A stretch of 47,728 nt of DNA, filler included, from Jimgerdemannia flammicorona (lineage: Eukaryota): the NCBI GenBank assembly GCA_003990765.1. It is 2 parts of 2 records of this genome, joined end to end, with 100 filler letters (N's around TTAATTAATTAA, not from the genome) between each part and the next. Parts side by side here need not be neighbours in the genome. Positions count along the whole stretch, not along the records: positions 23,919 to 47,728 come from RBNJ01001061.1; 1 more part is not named here. One strand, 5' to 3'. Under the pieces are notes generated by a model that saw only the letters and a list, made by a program, of their open reading frames with translations, ran no database searches and had not been told where the DNA came from. Position numbers and translations under genes: made by a program. Position 1 is the first letter of the stretch, and every line of letters starts with the position of its first letter. Shown piece after piece: positions 23,919-35,219 of this stretch.

Positions 23919-25249
23919 AAAAAAAAAAAAAAAAAAAAACCGGTGTGCCTGTGTTTGGTTGTGTAATCTTGCCTTTAACAGCTGTATCACTCAAGTTCAA
24001 TTTAGCCTTTTCTCACACTTATCTCTGCCACAAGTCAGGTACTCCGCCATCCAGACGGTGGATTGGGAGAACACGGCCAACAGCACGAACTTGGACGACT
24101 AGAACAATGAGTCTGACCCTGCTGCGGCGTGCCTCCTTGCTCCCGCAAAAATTTCTTTCGGAAGGCTTGTCTCGATTTGGACAGCTTCCTGTTACGAATC
24201 CTAGAGTCCTCGCGACATCAGGTCCTTCGCCGTAAAATTTTTGGGAGAAATGGGTTAGGTGGTTACATCGTCCGCCTCAATAATGGAATCAACGTCAAAC
24301 GTATGTCGTAGGCATTAATATCCATAGTCATCTGAGACTGGCGCAGCCGCGGGGTCGTAAAAATTCCGGCTCCTCGAGCTGCTTTAACGCGGTGCCGTCT
24401 TCCCCAACACGGTCAAGCCCAAATCCGGTTTCACGGAAGAGTCATCCAAAGCTGCTGACTTCTTGGTTTTACAAACATCTATCTGCTTGAGCACCGCCAA
24501 TTTTCCCATAGCGTGCATTGAAATGGCCAGGGTTGCGATTCTGATGTTTTCGCTCGTGTCAGTCAAATTAGGCGACAACGCAAATGATGAAGTTTGGTTA
24601 AAACCTGGGGACGTAGCTGATGCTTCTGTTTTTAGTGGAAACCAAGAGCAGCGTGACAGGCGACGTGTACGAGAGGATGATGCGTCGACACTTTAGATGG
24701 CGAAAGCAGGGCGGCGAACAGTCTTGAATTCTAGTTCTCTTCGTCTGAGTCTCTTAACTGTCGTCGTAACTGCCACAACATTCGGGGCGCATATGCGGTT
24801 TGAGATCGCCGACAACTGAAATTGGAATTGGGGGCGTCGACGTCGTGGATTGGAGGGAGATGGATTTAAGCTCAGGCTTTTGCGACTGCTTGATTTCTTA
24901 TGTTGTCGGGTGGGGTATTCTTTGTGCCAGGAAGAACGCACTTGACATCACGGTGCTTGCATCGGCGCGCATGGTCATATTCAGTTTGTTTGCGAGCCAT
25001 TCTTTACCTCTCTAGTGCGGCAGGTGGGTTTTGGTGATGTTGGTCCAAACAGATAGACATGAACCTAAAACTTGTGACTGTGACATGATCATGTGACCTT
25101 GCCCAAAGGGGAAATCGCAGGTCAATAATTGCAGGAATGTTTTGGGTGCCATATAGATGGCACAAGGGTTTCAATGGGGCATAGGTCTCTGGTGCCAATA
25201 TGCTCACTTTTGTATTAGCTAGGAAATATCTCTCTATCATACTGTCCAA

Positions 25250-28200
25250 TATGTATATCTACATTACATCTAGTTTTACTCTAATACTTTATATATATAC
25301 TTGATATATATATTTAGTATGAATACTCATTTTCACTATAGTTCTGACTGTTAACTCCTGCATTCTCTGCTGTTACAACTCTTCTAATATCTCTAAGAGT
25401 CAATATGAGCTAGGCTCATCTATCTGTTTACTCTGCTCTGATATTCTATTTATTGAATATATTTTCTGATTTCTCTAAGATAATCTCAATAACAAAGACA
25501 GTACTGATGTCAATATCATTGAAACTTATCTTACCAATCTCTCTGAAGATATGCTAGCCATATGTACCTCTGCCCAATTCTCTGCCTAAGCTACAGATAA
25601 GGCTCTGGCTCTACTAGCCCCTTCTATCTCTACTGTATCTGTCACAATGATGTTTTTATTTCCACCCAATACATCTGTCAAAGACAGTATTGCTCTGCTA
25701 TAAGATCATTCTGCTACATAGAACTATTAACTTGATAAAATCCTCCTCTTATTATATTCACAATAAGATCATCCTTTAGTAACTTCTGGGTTTAGCACAC
25801 ACATTATAGATTAAGTATTTATCAACTATGCCATGGCTTCTATCTCTGCTACCATTATTGCTATTCTTCAGTCCTCTATGATAGTTCCTTTCCAGTCCAC
25901 CCAGTGGTCAAGGCTTCTCTAACACTCCTCAGAGTATCAATCTCACTCTGAAATACACTTATATCAATCAATATCTCTTCACTATAGTAGTTGATAACTC
26001 ATTCTCCACTATCTTACTTGGCCATTTATTGAAATATAGTATCATCTCAACAGCCCCTCTCTGGAGACTCAGTTCATTGAGTCTATCAATGAAGCCAATA
26101 TATAGATCTTCTTATTAAAGTTTTCATCTCTTATTAAAGATCTCTCTGATGTTCTATTCTTTCTAGCCATACTTCTTATCTTCTCCACAATATCTATTTT
26201 GACCTCACAGATCCCACACCATTCTTCACCTGTGCTACTGACTTTTTCTTCTTTTTGACATCCTCATTCTGGTCTACTCTACTTGACTATCATGTGTCCT
26301 TTCATATAAAACACATTGCTGAGATTGCTAATGATAATATATTATCTGATTGGTACCTTTTCTGGGCTCAACATAACTCTGATCTCTTAATGGTCCTCAG
26401 TCTACATCAATATTCTTGTATCTTTTCAACTACTGGTCATCTTCCAAAACTATACTTAAAGTTCTAGGACTCTCTTTATCAGCTATCAAGTAGTGACACC
26501 TCATCATCCAAACTCTCTAGTATCAACTAGCAGACTATATACCACTTCTTCAATGATATTCAGATTGATGAACTCTCTATAAAAGACTCCAGCTGCTACT
26601 GAAAAGGCTGTACCTATGCTTATATATGTTCCTATTGTAGTAAAAATTACTCATAGACTCAATGCTCCCACAATCTGCTCTGATGCCCCTAGGAACTTGT
26701 CTCTACCCAAGCAACCATACCACTTTTCAATCTTTTAACTGCTCCAAACACTACTCTTCACTATTCATTATACTATTTCTGATCTTAATATCATATAATA
26801 CTTCTTACCTTCACTCATTGTACTCTATTCTATAGTATAGTATCAGAAACTGCAAATATATCCTGACCAACCTCTCTTCCAAATTACTATCACTACTATT
26901 ATATAAGGTATTCTTCTCAAATTTATAGGTTCTCATCAATGTCTTCTTGATTATAATTATCACTCTGCTCTTAACTACTTCAAAGCCATCACAGCTGACA
27001 TTATCTATAAGATATATACTGACAGAATCTATAGTCTCTTCTCATCTCCCCTCTTCACTAGCTTCTACTTATTCCTCCTTAGTATCATTGTCAAAAAGAA
27101 CTCTATATTAGTTTGGCTCTATATCTATAATCTTTTCTAGCTATGCCAAGGCAGCTCTGTTAATGATGACATCAACTCTGATGTCTTCCACCTCTCTTAT
27201 ACATGTTTCAATAAAGCTCTTGATCTCATCTGTCATATTAGCAAAAGTTATCTCTTATTGAAGATGGATCTTACTGATGTCTACTAATATATTCTCATCT
27301 ATCTGGCTGACTGGAAATTATTAGGCTTTGAATGGGCCAGTTCTACTTTGACTACTTTATACCTTTTGGTACTTCATTCTCTCTCTTTCTCTTCAATCTC
27401 TTCACTGAACTGCTAGCTTAAATTACTAGCCATTATAGCATTCACTTCCTCATATACTACATTGATGACTTCCTCATCATTTACACCCTAATAGATATCC
27501 CTTATAACCTATACTGGTTCCTATCCCTCTGTTATGACCTCAGCTGGTCTACCTAGATATACAAGATAGAAGATCCTATTACCTCTCTAGTCTTTCTAGG
27601 TATCAAACTAGACTCTATCACTATGGAAACTTACCTCTTTTCTGACAAACTAGATGTCATAACATCAGCTCTATATCAATAATCATTGCATATCTTATAT
27701 ACCTACCTATAGCTGCAATATCTTATCAGCTCTCTTGTCTTTATATGAAAAGTCATCTCACCTGGTCACTTATTCATATAACATCTCATTGACCTACTTA
27801 TCAATAACTCTTTCTTCTATATCATCATAGATAAGGCTGGTTATATAGATATTCAGTGATGGATTACCTTTCTTTTATACTGAAATAGTGTCTCAGTTAT
27901 TCATTTGATAATATGGTCCCACTTCTCTAATGTTATCTTTAGATAGATATAAGTAGTGAACTTGACTCTAGTACTTTCTTTAATAACTAATAGTTCTCTA
28001 AATTATGACCTCTTATCTTTCTTTCTCTTGATATTCAATTTAAAGAACTATATATCATCATTACCATATCTGCTATATGGAGTAACTGTTGGTGTTTTTA
28101 GTGAATTTTACTCCATACTGACAACTAGGCCATTATTGTGATAATCAACTTTGGCTCATCTTGCAATCTTCTTTTACTCAAACTGCTTTGACAATTATAT

Positions 28201-29500
28201 TTTCTAATGGCCCAGTACTCCTTTCAGCTCTTTACTTCATTTATCTCTATCAAAGAAAATAGTATTACTGATGTACTATTCTGACTGACCTCTCACATTT
28301 TCATAATCTCACTCCTAATATACAGATGTACCCAATAGTGATTGGTACAATCTTCATACCAAACTTCTTTCTATCATTATCTTCTTTCTGTAGTTCAGTC
28401 TAATAAGATCAATGTACTATATATTCTTCAAGAAAAGAGAGCTTCCTCTAGTTCTGCACCCTCCATAGTATAACAATATCTCCAGAAGTCCGAAATCTGC
28501 ATCTGAACTAGTACTGATGTATTGGATCTATCACTTTACTCTTAAAATGGCTCTAACTATTAACTATCAAACAATACTTCTCTGTGGTCCATTCTCTCCA
28601 CATTGACACCAGTTTTGAAGATCTGTTTCTCAGTCTATAGCAGCTGCCATATATTATCTACAGTATCAAATATTGGTTAGGCATCCAGCCCTCTCAGTCC
28701 CACTTTCCCATCAATCTTAAAACTCTTTGGTACCTAATAATCCTTCTTTGCTTATCTAATCATAACACAATGATCTCACTCTGGTGTCTGTAATATCATT
28801 AGTATATGTAGGCTTCTTGTGATCTTGGAAACTAACATGACAAGGCTTATTCAATGCCTTCTCTCAGGCCTTATGCTATAGTGTTGTCTTTCACCCTAAT
28901 ATCCTTGACCCAATCCACATCACCCTCACTCTCTCTTTCTCTCTAAAATGGACCCCTTCTGTCAAGATGCATCCCTCTCTATTGTGAAGATATACCCAGG
29001 TGTGCTCCATACTGTCTTCCTATTGCACCTTCTTTTTCTTACTCACCTGGCCCTATAAAGTATGCCCCTCTTCATGCTCTCTGCTGGTCACCTGTTCTCT
29101 CACCAATACCTTGTCCACCACCTGCATTCTCTCCTCCCTCACATTGGACTGAACTCACATCTCTATACTGGATGTAGTTTCCACATTGGTGCAATTTCTG
29201 ACACTACTGCTACTGGCCTTTCTGACTACAACATCCAACTCCTTGGCCATTGATCAAGCACTGCATACAAAGGCTACATTCACATGCCTGTCTCTCATTT
29301 GTTGTATTTATGGTCTTCCCTCACTTGCACTCATGCTGCTTGCATCACCAGCAACACATTCCCTCTCTCTTCTCACACACCACCTGCCTTTCCATTTGGG
29401 CCGTACCTGACCTTTACACCTCACTCTCTCCACAACCACCTCACACTCTCCACATCCCTTTATTTGGGCTGGTTTTGTTCATCGCATCCACTCTTCTCGC
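25250..29500 (+). mobile_element. Decayed tyrosine-recombinase retrotransposon (DIRS order, Ngaro-like); ends approximate
   Basis: ORF1 Cys relic GCTYAYICSYC...QC (~26600-26665); RT relics MDLTDVY, DWKLLGFEW, YYIDDFL (~27455-27475), FLGIKLDS; YR relics GFL*(R)S, KMDPF, YTGCSFHIGA (from GHSFRIGA), QLLGH*SS (from QLLGRWSS). Confidence 0.88.
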
Positions 29501-30805
29501 ACCTTTATTCTCTTCCCAAATATACAAACTTTGAACTTCAATCGCGGTTTCTCTTCGCTGCAGTTCCGTTGTTTGCGAGTTGGGTTCAAACATTACAGCT
29601 AGACATGGCACACACATAAAAACGATTTTACGAGAAAACCGATCTATGAGAATTTGATTGCACTGCTGCGCGAATTAAATCTGATTATTATGGTTTCGAG
29701 CATTTTAATCATCGTATATACATTGTAAAAAAGAACAAACTTTTCATTGCTGGTACAGCAAAAACCTTCATCCCGTTTATTGGTAGGTTCGATTTGCACT
29801 AACAGAGACGTCAGACTGATTCTGCCTGAGCGAGGTGGAATTCCGACATTCGAACTATTAAATAATAATAACTCTGAGCGCTAATTTCCAAACGCGAAAT
29901 ACCTAGATAAGTGTGATTTTGACACTGATCAACGCATAACACCGTATCCGACGGACTGGCACAGCCTGCTGCGGCCATCAGGATTCGTAAACTGACACCT
30001 TATGTTGTTGTAATGACAGCTTCTGGACACTGCCATATCATGTGTCAATCTTCAGAGCCTCCCCTTTTGCCCGGCCAGTCGAAACAGAGACTTCTCAAAA
30101 TAGTCACAACGATGTGACATGCGAGATAGGTGCCGTTTTGATACTGCGGGTAGAAGAAAAGTTAATAATTCAGAATCGAACAGTTCGAAAGCACAATTTT
30201 TGGAGAATATAAGTCCCTTCAGTAGATATATTGACCCATAACACAGATATGTAAAAGACAATGATAGAGCCGAGAAATAGAGAGTGCAGGTAAAGAACCC
30301 AGCCGAACGGTTCTATGCGCATCCTCGAGAGCCTTTCATAGGCTTACGCATCAACCTTACATAGATCATAGTATTAGTCAGATAAGATGAGGAATATTTG
30401 ACGAGGCTAATAAAGGATAGATTTACACAACCGGAATTCCGGTTAGAAAGTGCGCCATCAGAGGAATCCGTGAATATGGACGGGGTCATTTTTCGAGGTT
30501 GAAAGGTTGCCTTATAACCGATTTTTACAGGTTATAGACCGCCATCTACCAGGGACTAAGCTACACCAGCTAAGTCACGGCAGTCCCGAACAATCCATTA
30601 TGAGAAACGATGAACCGTGAGATCCTGGTGTAGAACCAGGGACACATATGGATTGAGTCACATTCAACTTGAGTGTTTTTCATAGTTCACTTGGCTCAGT
30701 CAAAGCATAAGCATAAAACGTCCCCATGTAAAGTTTTATATTTGGTCATATATTGTGCAAGTTAATTAACTATAAATTTGTTTTATGTGTATTTTTTATA
30801 TGTAT

Positions 30806-32131
30806 TGTAATGTGCCTGGCTCAATGGAGGCAAATTACAAGGTTGGGGGTTGATGTGGTTTGGCTTGAGCCCCCAGTTACTTTGTCAAAAAGCAACAAAA
30901 TGTTCTAAGATTCTTAAGGTCCTTGGTGTTTAGTGGTATAATAGTCAAAGCTGGATATCTGCGAGCGATTTCCTTATTGGGACGGTTCTCTGGGTGTAGC
31001 GGCGATTTGTGTGTGAATGGACTTCCTTCTTGGGTCAACTGGGAATTGGTAGAAATTCGTGTGTAGCGCGACGATCTTCCTTATGCGTTTATGCGTGACG
31101 GTCTGGCAATTTGGCGGTTTTCCTTCTTGAGTGGCGGTGTGACGACCTTGTGTAGCGCGACTGGGTTCCTTATGCGGGACGATCTGGTTTCCTTCTTGGG
31201 TGGCGGCGACCTCCAAAAGTATGCGATTTTGGGCGGATAACTCGATTTGGCGCGGATTCTCTTAAATCGGCGGGCTTCTGGGAATAATAACTAGGATGGC
31301 GCGGATAATTCGGATAACTGGGAACAATGCTGGCAGCAGATTCTCTGTACCAGGCTCACTGGGAACAACGAATAACTCGGATGTCGCGTAACTCGGGTGG
31401 CGCGGACTCTTCCTGAATCGGCGGCTTCAACTGGGAATGCGGATAACTCGAAAACGGCAGATGACGCGGATTCTCCGGAATCGGCGGCTCTCTGGCAAAT
31501 AACTCGGATGGCGCGGATTCTTCCTGAATCGGCGGCTTCAACTGGGAAACGTGCTGGCGGCTTTTTGGGAAAGGGTCTCTTGGCAAAGTTGCGTCAAAGA
31601 CTGGCTTCGTTTGCGCGAACGGGTCACAATAATTCCAAAGGCGGCGAAGTTCTTCCTTGAACTTGGGCGGCAAACTCGGATTCTTCAGGCTTAGTCTGGC
31701 AAGAGTACCAAAAACAGACTCGTTCTTTGTATCGGAAAGTGGACCGGAGTGGGGAAATAAGCTCACAATCTCCTAGCAGTGGCTGTAGAGTTCCTCTTGA
31801 AGTGTGGTAGGCAGACTTGTCTTTTGCTTCAATTTCGGACTGAGGTCTTATTCACTCTTGTCTCTGGGGTAATTTATACATTGTGGTTGCTATCTGGTTA
31901 CTATGTGGCTAATTATAGGTTTGCTACTTATGGCAGGTGTACAGAGTCTGTATGGTGTACAGGTCCTGTACAGTGTACAGAGTCTGTACAGGTAAACAGA
32001 CCCTATCTGGTATATCTGGCTAATTATACAGGTTCCACAGCAATGGTTGCTGGTTACTATGCTGTGTGTTCATGTCATCTTGGCTAATTGTTCACGTCAT
32101 CTCATTAAGGTAAACGCCTTGGTTTGTCACA
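30806..32131 (-). repeat. 3' LTR of copy B (1326 bp), CpG-rich
   Basis: Direct repeat of 39701-41000; net +26 bp from a 36-bp and a 10-bp indel. Confidence 0.96.
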
Positions 32132-32170
32132 TCAGCCCCCACTGAAGGACAGTCTGTCTCAGACTGTTCT

Positions 32171-32686
32171 TCAGTCATCATCCCAATAAGCATAGGCTGC
32201 TTCTGCATCTATACCTGTTCCATCATCTTCATTGTCTGTACTAGGATCACTCCATTCTATGGGCTCTTCTTCTTCTTCAGGGAATAGGACTTTGATGGCA
32301 TTGATGAGGCTCAAATAGATAGTAGGGTTCATTCCTTGAATGTTGTTCAGGGAGAACTGTGCCTGTGTCAGAGCTGTGACATTTTGTTTATAAATGGTAT
32401 ATAGTCTGTCTGCAGCAGTAGTATCTCTTCTTGTCAGACTGGTGGTATTTCTGATATAGGTCTGTTCTGGGGCTGGAAGGTTCTGCAATTGTTTGCCAAT
32501 TGCATAATAGGTCTGCAGTTGGTGGATTTGTAGTAGGCATCTGACCAAGGTGAGATTTTCTTGGTAGACTTGGATCTTCTGAAGGGGGTTTCCATTGGCT
32601 TGGCTGAATTGAGGTAGAGGAACTGGTAGGGCTGGGAAGGAGCTGAGGACCAATGTCTGGAGGCACTGATCAATCCTTTGGCTCAT
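32171..32686 (-). CDS. ORF-X: intact 171-aa protein of unknown function with an acidic/aromatic C-terminal tail
   Basis: ATG to TGA with no stops; start overlaps the integrase end; homolog at the same position in copy A; no obvious signal peptide or TM helix. Confidence 0.85.
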   Translation of the reverse strand: MSQRIDQCLQTLVLSSFPALPVPLPQFSQANGNPLQKIQVYQENLTLVRCLLQIHQLQTYYAIGKQLQNLPAPEQTYIRNTTSLTRRDTTAADRLYTIYKQNVTALTQAQFSLNNIQGMNPTIYLSLINAIKVLFPEEEEEPIEWSDPSTDNEDDGTGIDAEAAYAYWDDD

Positions 32687-33747
32687 GGTGTAGGGGAAAG
32701 TATAGTTTGAGGTGATTGATATGTACTGGTGTTCTCAGGGTTCATCTGTCCATGCCTTTTAAATAGATGCTAGTTCCTCTGATATTGTATACAAGATAAG
32801 GTCCTTCCCATTTGGGTTCCAGTTTGGCAACAAAATTTGTTTTAATCATACTTCTCCAAACTAGTACTTGATCTCCAATCTTGATCTCCTGATCCTTCTG
32901 TTTTTGGTTATAGTACTTCTTTTGTCTCTCTTGGACTTTGATAATCTGTCCTCAGGCTTGATTACATAACTGTTCTGCCTTCTTGAGGAGGTCTCCAAGA
33001 TTCTCATGGTCAGCAGTTCTGGTTCTCTTGGCAAACAATTTCGAATGGCTTTTATTTAGTGGAGGCAGCAGGGGTGTTCTGAATTTCCCATAGAATCTCC
33101 AGTAAGCAGAGGTCCCAATTAGTAGGATTGACTCAGGCAAGTTCTTTCTTAATGGTCTGGTTCATTCTCTCTGTCATGCCATTGGTCTGAGAGTGGTATG
33201 ATGTGGTCCTTTTGAGGTGGATCTTGTGAATTCAGGCATAACTTGTGATTATGTTGTTGATGAATTCTGTGCCTTAGTCAGAGATAAGTTCTTCTGGGGG
33301 TCCATATCTGAGTGTGAGTTCATGGAGGAGGCCTACAATGGTTAAGGCATCTGTGATTTCCATTAGAAAAGCCTCAGGCCACTTGGTCAGATGTTCCACA
33401 AGTACAAGGATATATTTATTTCTTCTTGATATAACTGGTAGAGGTCCAATTACATCTACTCCCCATCTTTGGAAGATGTGAGTGGGTGGGGGAATTGGTT
33501 GCAGGGGGGCTTGATAGTTCTTCTTTCCTTGGTACTTCTGGCAGGTGTCACATTTCTGAATGATGCCACAGACTTATGCTCTGAGGTGGGGCCAATGTTG
33601 GCGTTTTGTTCACAACTTTTCTTCTATATTTGCTTGTCCTTGATGGGCTTTCTGATGTTCTTTTCAGATGAGGTCTTCTTGTGCCTTGATGGTCTGAGGA
33701 GCTTCCTTTAGGGTGTAGTTCCTTGGGACACCCTTCTTCTGGTTCAT
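32670..33747 (-). pseudogene. Integrase of copy B (stops and a 2-nt deletion near 33035)
   Basis: Same HHCC, DDE and GPY motifs and the same ATGA overlap (33744-33747) as copy A. Confidence 0.88.
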
Positions 33748-35219
33748 TGGGGCTGGTGGGAAAGTACATCAACATTGTTGTGGACTTTTCCTGCTTTGTA
33801 GATGATGGTGATTTTGTAATCCTGAAGGATAAGAATCCAGTGGGCTAGGATTCTGGTGGGTTCCTTGCAGTTGAATAGCTATTTGAGAGCTATATGGTCT
33901 GTGACTAGAGTGAATCTTTTTCCAATGAGATAATGTTTAAACAGGGTGACTGCCCATATAACTGCAAGGCATTCCAGTTTGGTGCTACCATAGTTCATCT
34001 GCTGCTAATTGGTAGCTCTGCTTGCATAAGCGATTACATAGTACTGTTGATTGGGTCCTTTTTGGGCTAGAACTGCTCTGAGGCCATCTTTAGAAGAATC
34101 TGTATACAATATGAATGGCTTCTGTAGATTGGGGCACATAAGGATTGGTACTGTAGTCATGTAGTTCTTGAGTTCTTTGAAGACTTTTTCTTATAATTCT
34201 GTCCATTTGAAGGGTACTCCTTTCTTGAGAAGGATCTGGAATGGAGTGGCAATTTGGGCAAAATCTTTGATAAACCTTCTGTAGTAGAATACTAGTATCA
34301 GGAATGATAGTGTTTCCTTTGAGGTCTTGGGTACTGGCCAATTATTAATCTTCTCAGTTTTCTTTGGGTCTGCATGGATTCCTTCTTTTGAAACTATGAA
34401 TCCAAGGAATTTGAGTTTCTGTTTCCCAAAGTAATATTTCTTTGTATTTAGCCTCAAGTGGTTCTTATAGATAAGCTTAAAGAATTCCTCTAGGTGGTGC
34501 AGATGTTCTTCGAAATTTGCTGAATAGATGTTGGAATCATCATCCATGTATACAATCAGGCAGTGGTGGATCAAGAGAGCATAGACTGAATTCATCATTC
34601 TCTAAAAGGTGGGGGGTGCATTGCAAAGTCCAAAGGGAACTCATAGATATTCAAACAGTTTTCCTAGAGCAAGGAAGGTGGTCTTTTGAATGTCTTTTGG
34701 GTCCATAGGGATTTCATGAAATCTCATAAAGAGGTCCATACTGCTGAAGTATCTGGTATCTTGTAACTGGTCCAAAAGGTCATCAATTCTTGGCAAAGGA
34801 TAGGCATCCTTTTCAGTGACTGAATTGAGTTTCCTGTAATCCACACAGAGTCTCCATCCTCCTTTCTTCAGTACAATAAGTATATGGCTAGCCCAAGGGC
34901 TGGTAGAGGGTCAGATAACTCCATTGTCTAAGAGTTCTTGGATGTGCTCCTTTTTGAATGTTTTCAAGTGATGGGGTATTCTATAGAGTTTCTGCCAGAT
35001 GGGTGTTGCATTTCCTGTATTTATACTGTGGTGATATGATGGATTGTATGGTAGGTTGCCATAATCAGTGGTGAAGATATCTTGATATTTGTTGAGAAGT
35101 TCTGCTAGTTGTTGTTGTTGTTGAGGTGTCAATTCTTCTCCAATGTTGGTGGAAGGCTTTACTGTCTTCTGGGTCACAGAGGGGCCTTTCCTTTCTTCTG
35201 AAACCTTTTGCCATTTCTT
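33744..35219 (-). pseudogene. pol: RT-RNase H of copy B
   Basis: DYRKLN, DAYPLPRIDD, YMDDD (one-codon duplication); same frame offset from ORF1 as copy A. Confidence 0.9.

Noticed and set aside
25250..29500. Terminal split direct or inverted repeats of the YR retrotransposon
   Set aside because: Too mutated to identify by eye; boundaries are given only approximately from composition
31356..32087. ORFs of 87-136 aa inside the LTRs (also 39869-40956, 14017-14493 and similar)
   Set aside because: They arise from GC-rich repeated sequence, mostly start at non-ATG codons, and are not preserved across LTR variants
32171..32686. ORF-X as a retroviral-type env gene
   Set aside because: Only 171 aa, with no evident signal peptide, furin site or transmembrane anchor, and an acidic C-terminus
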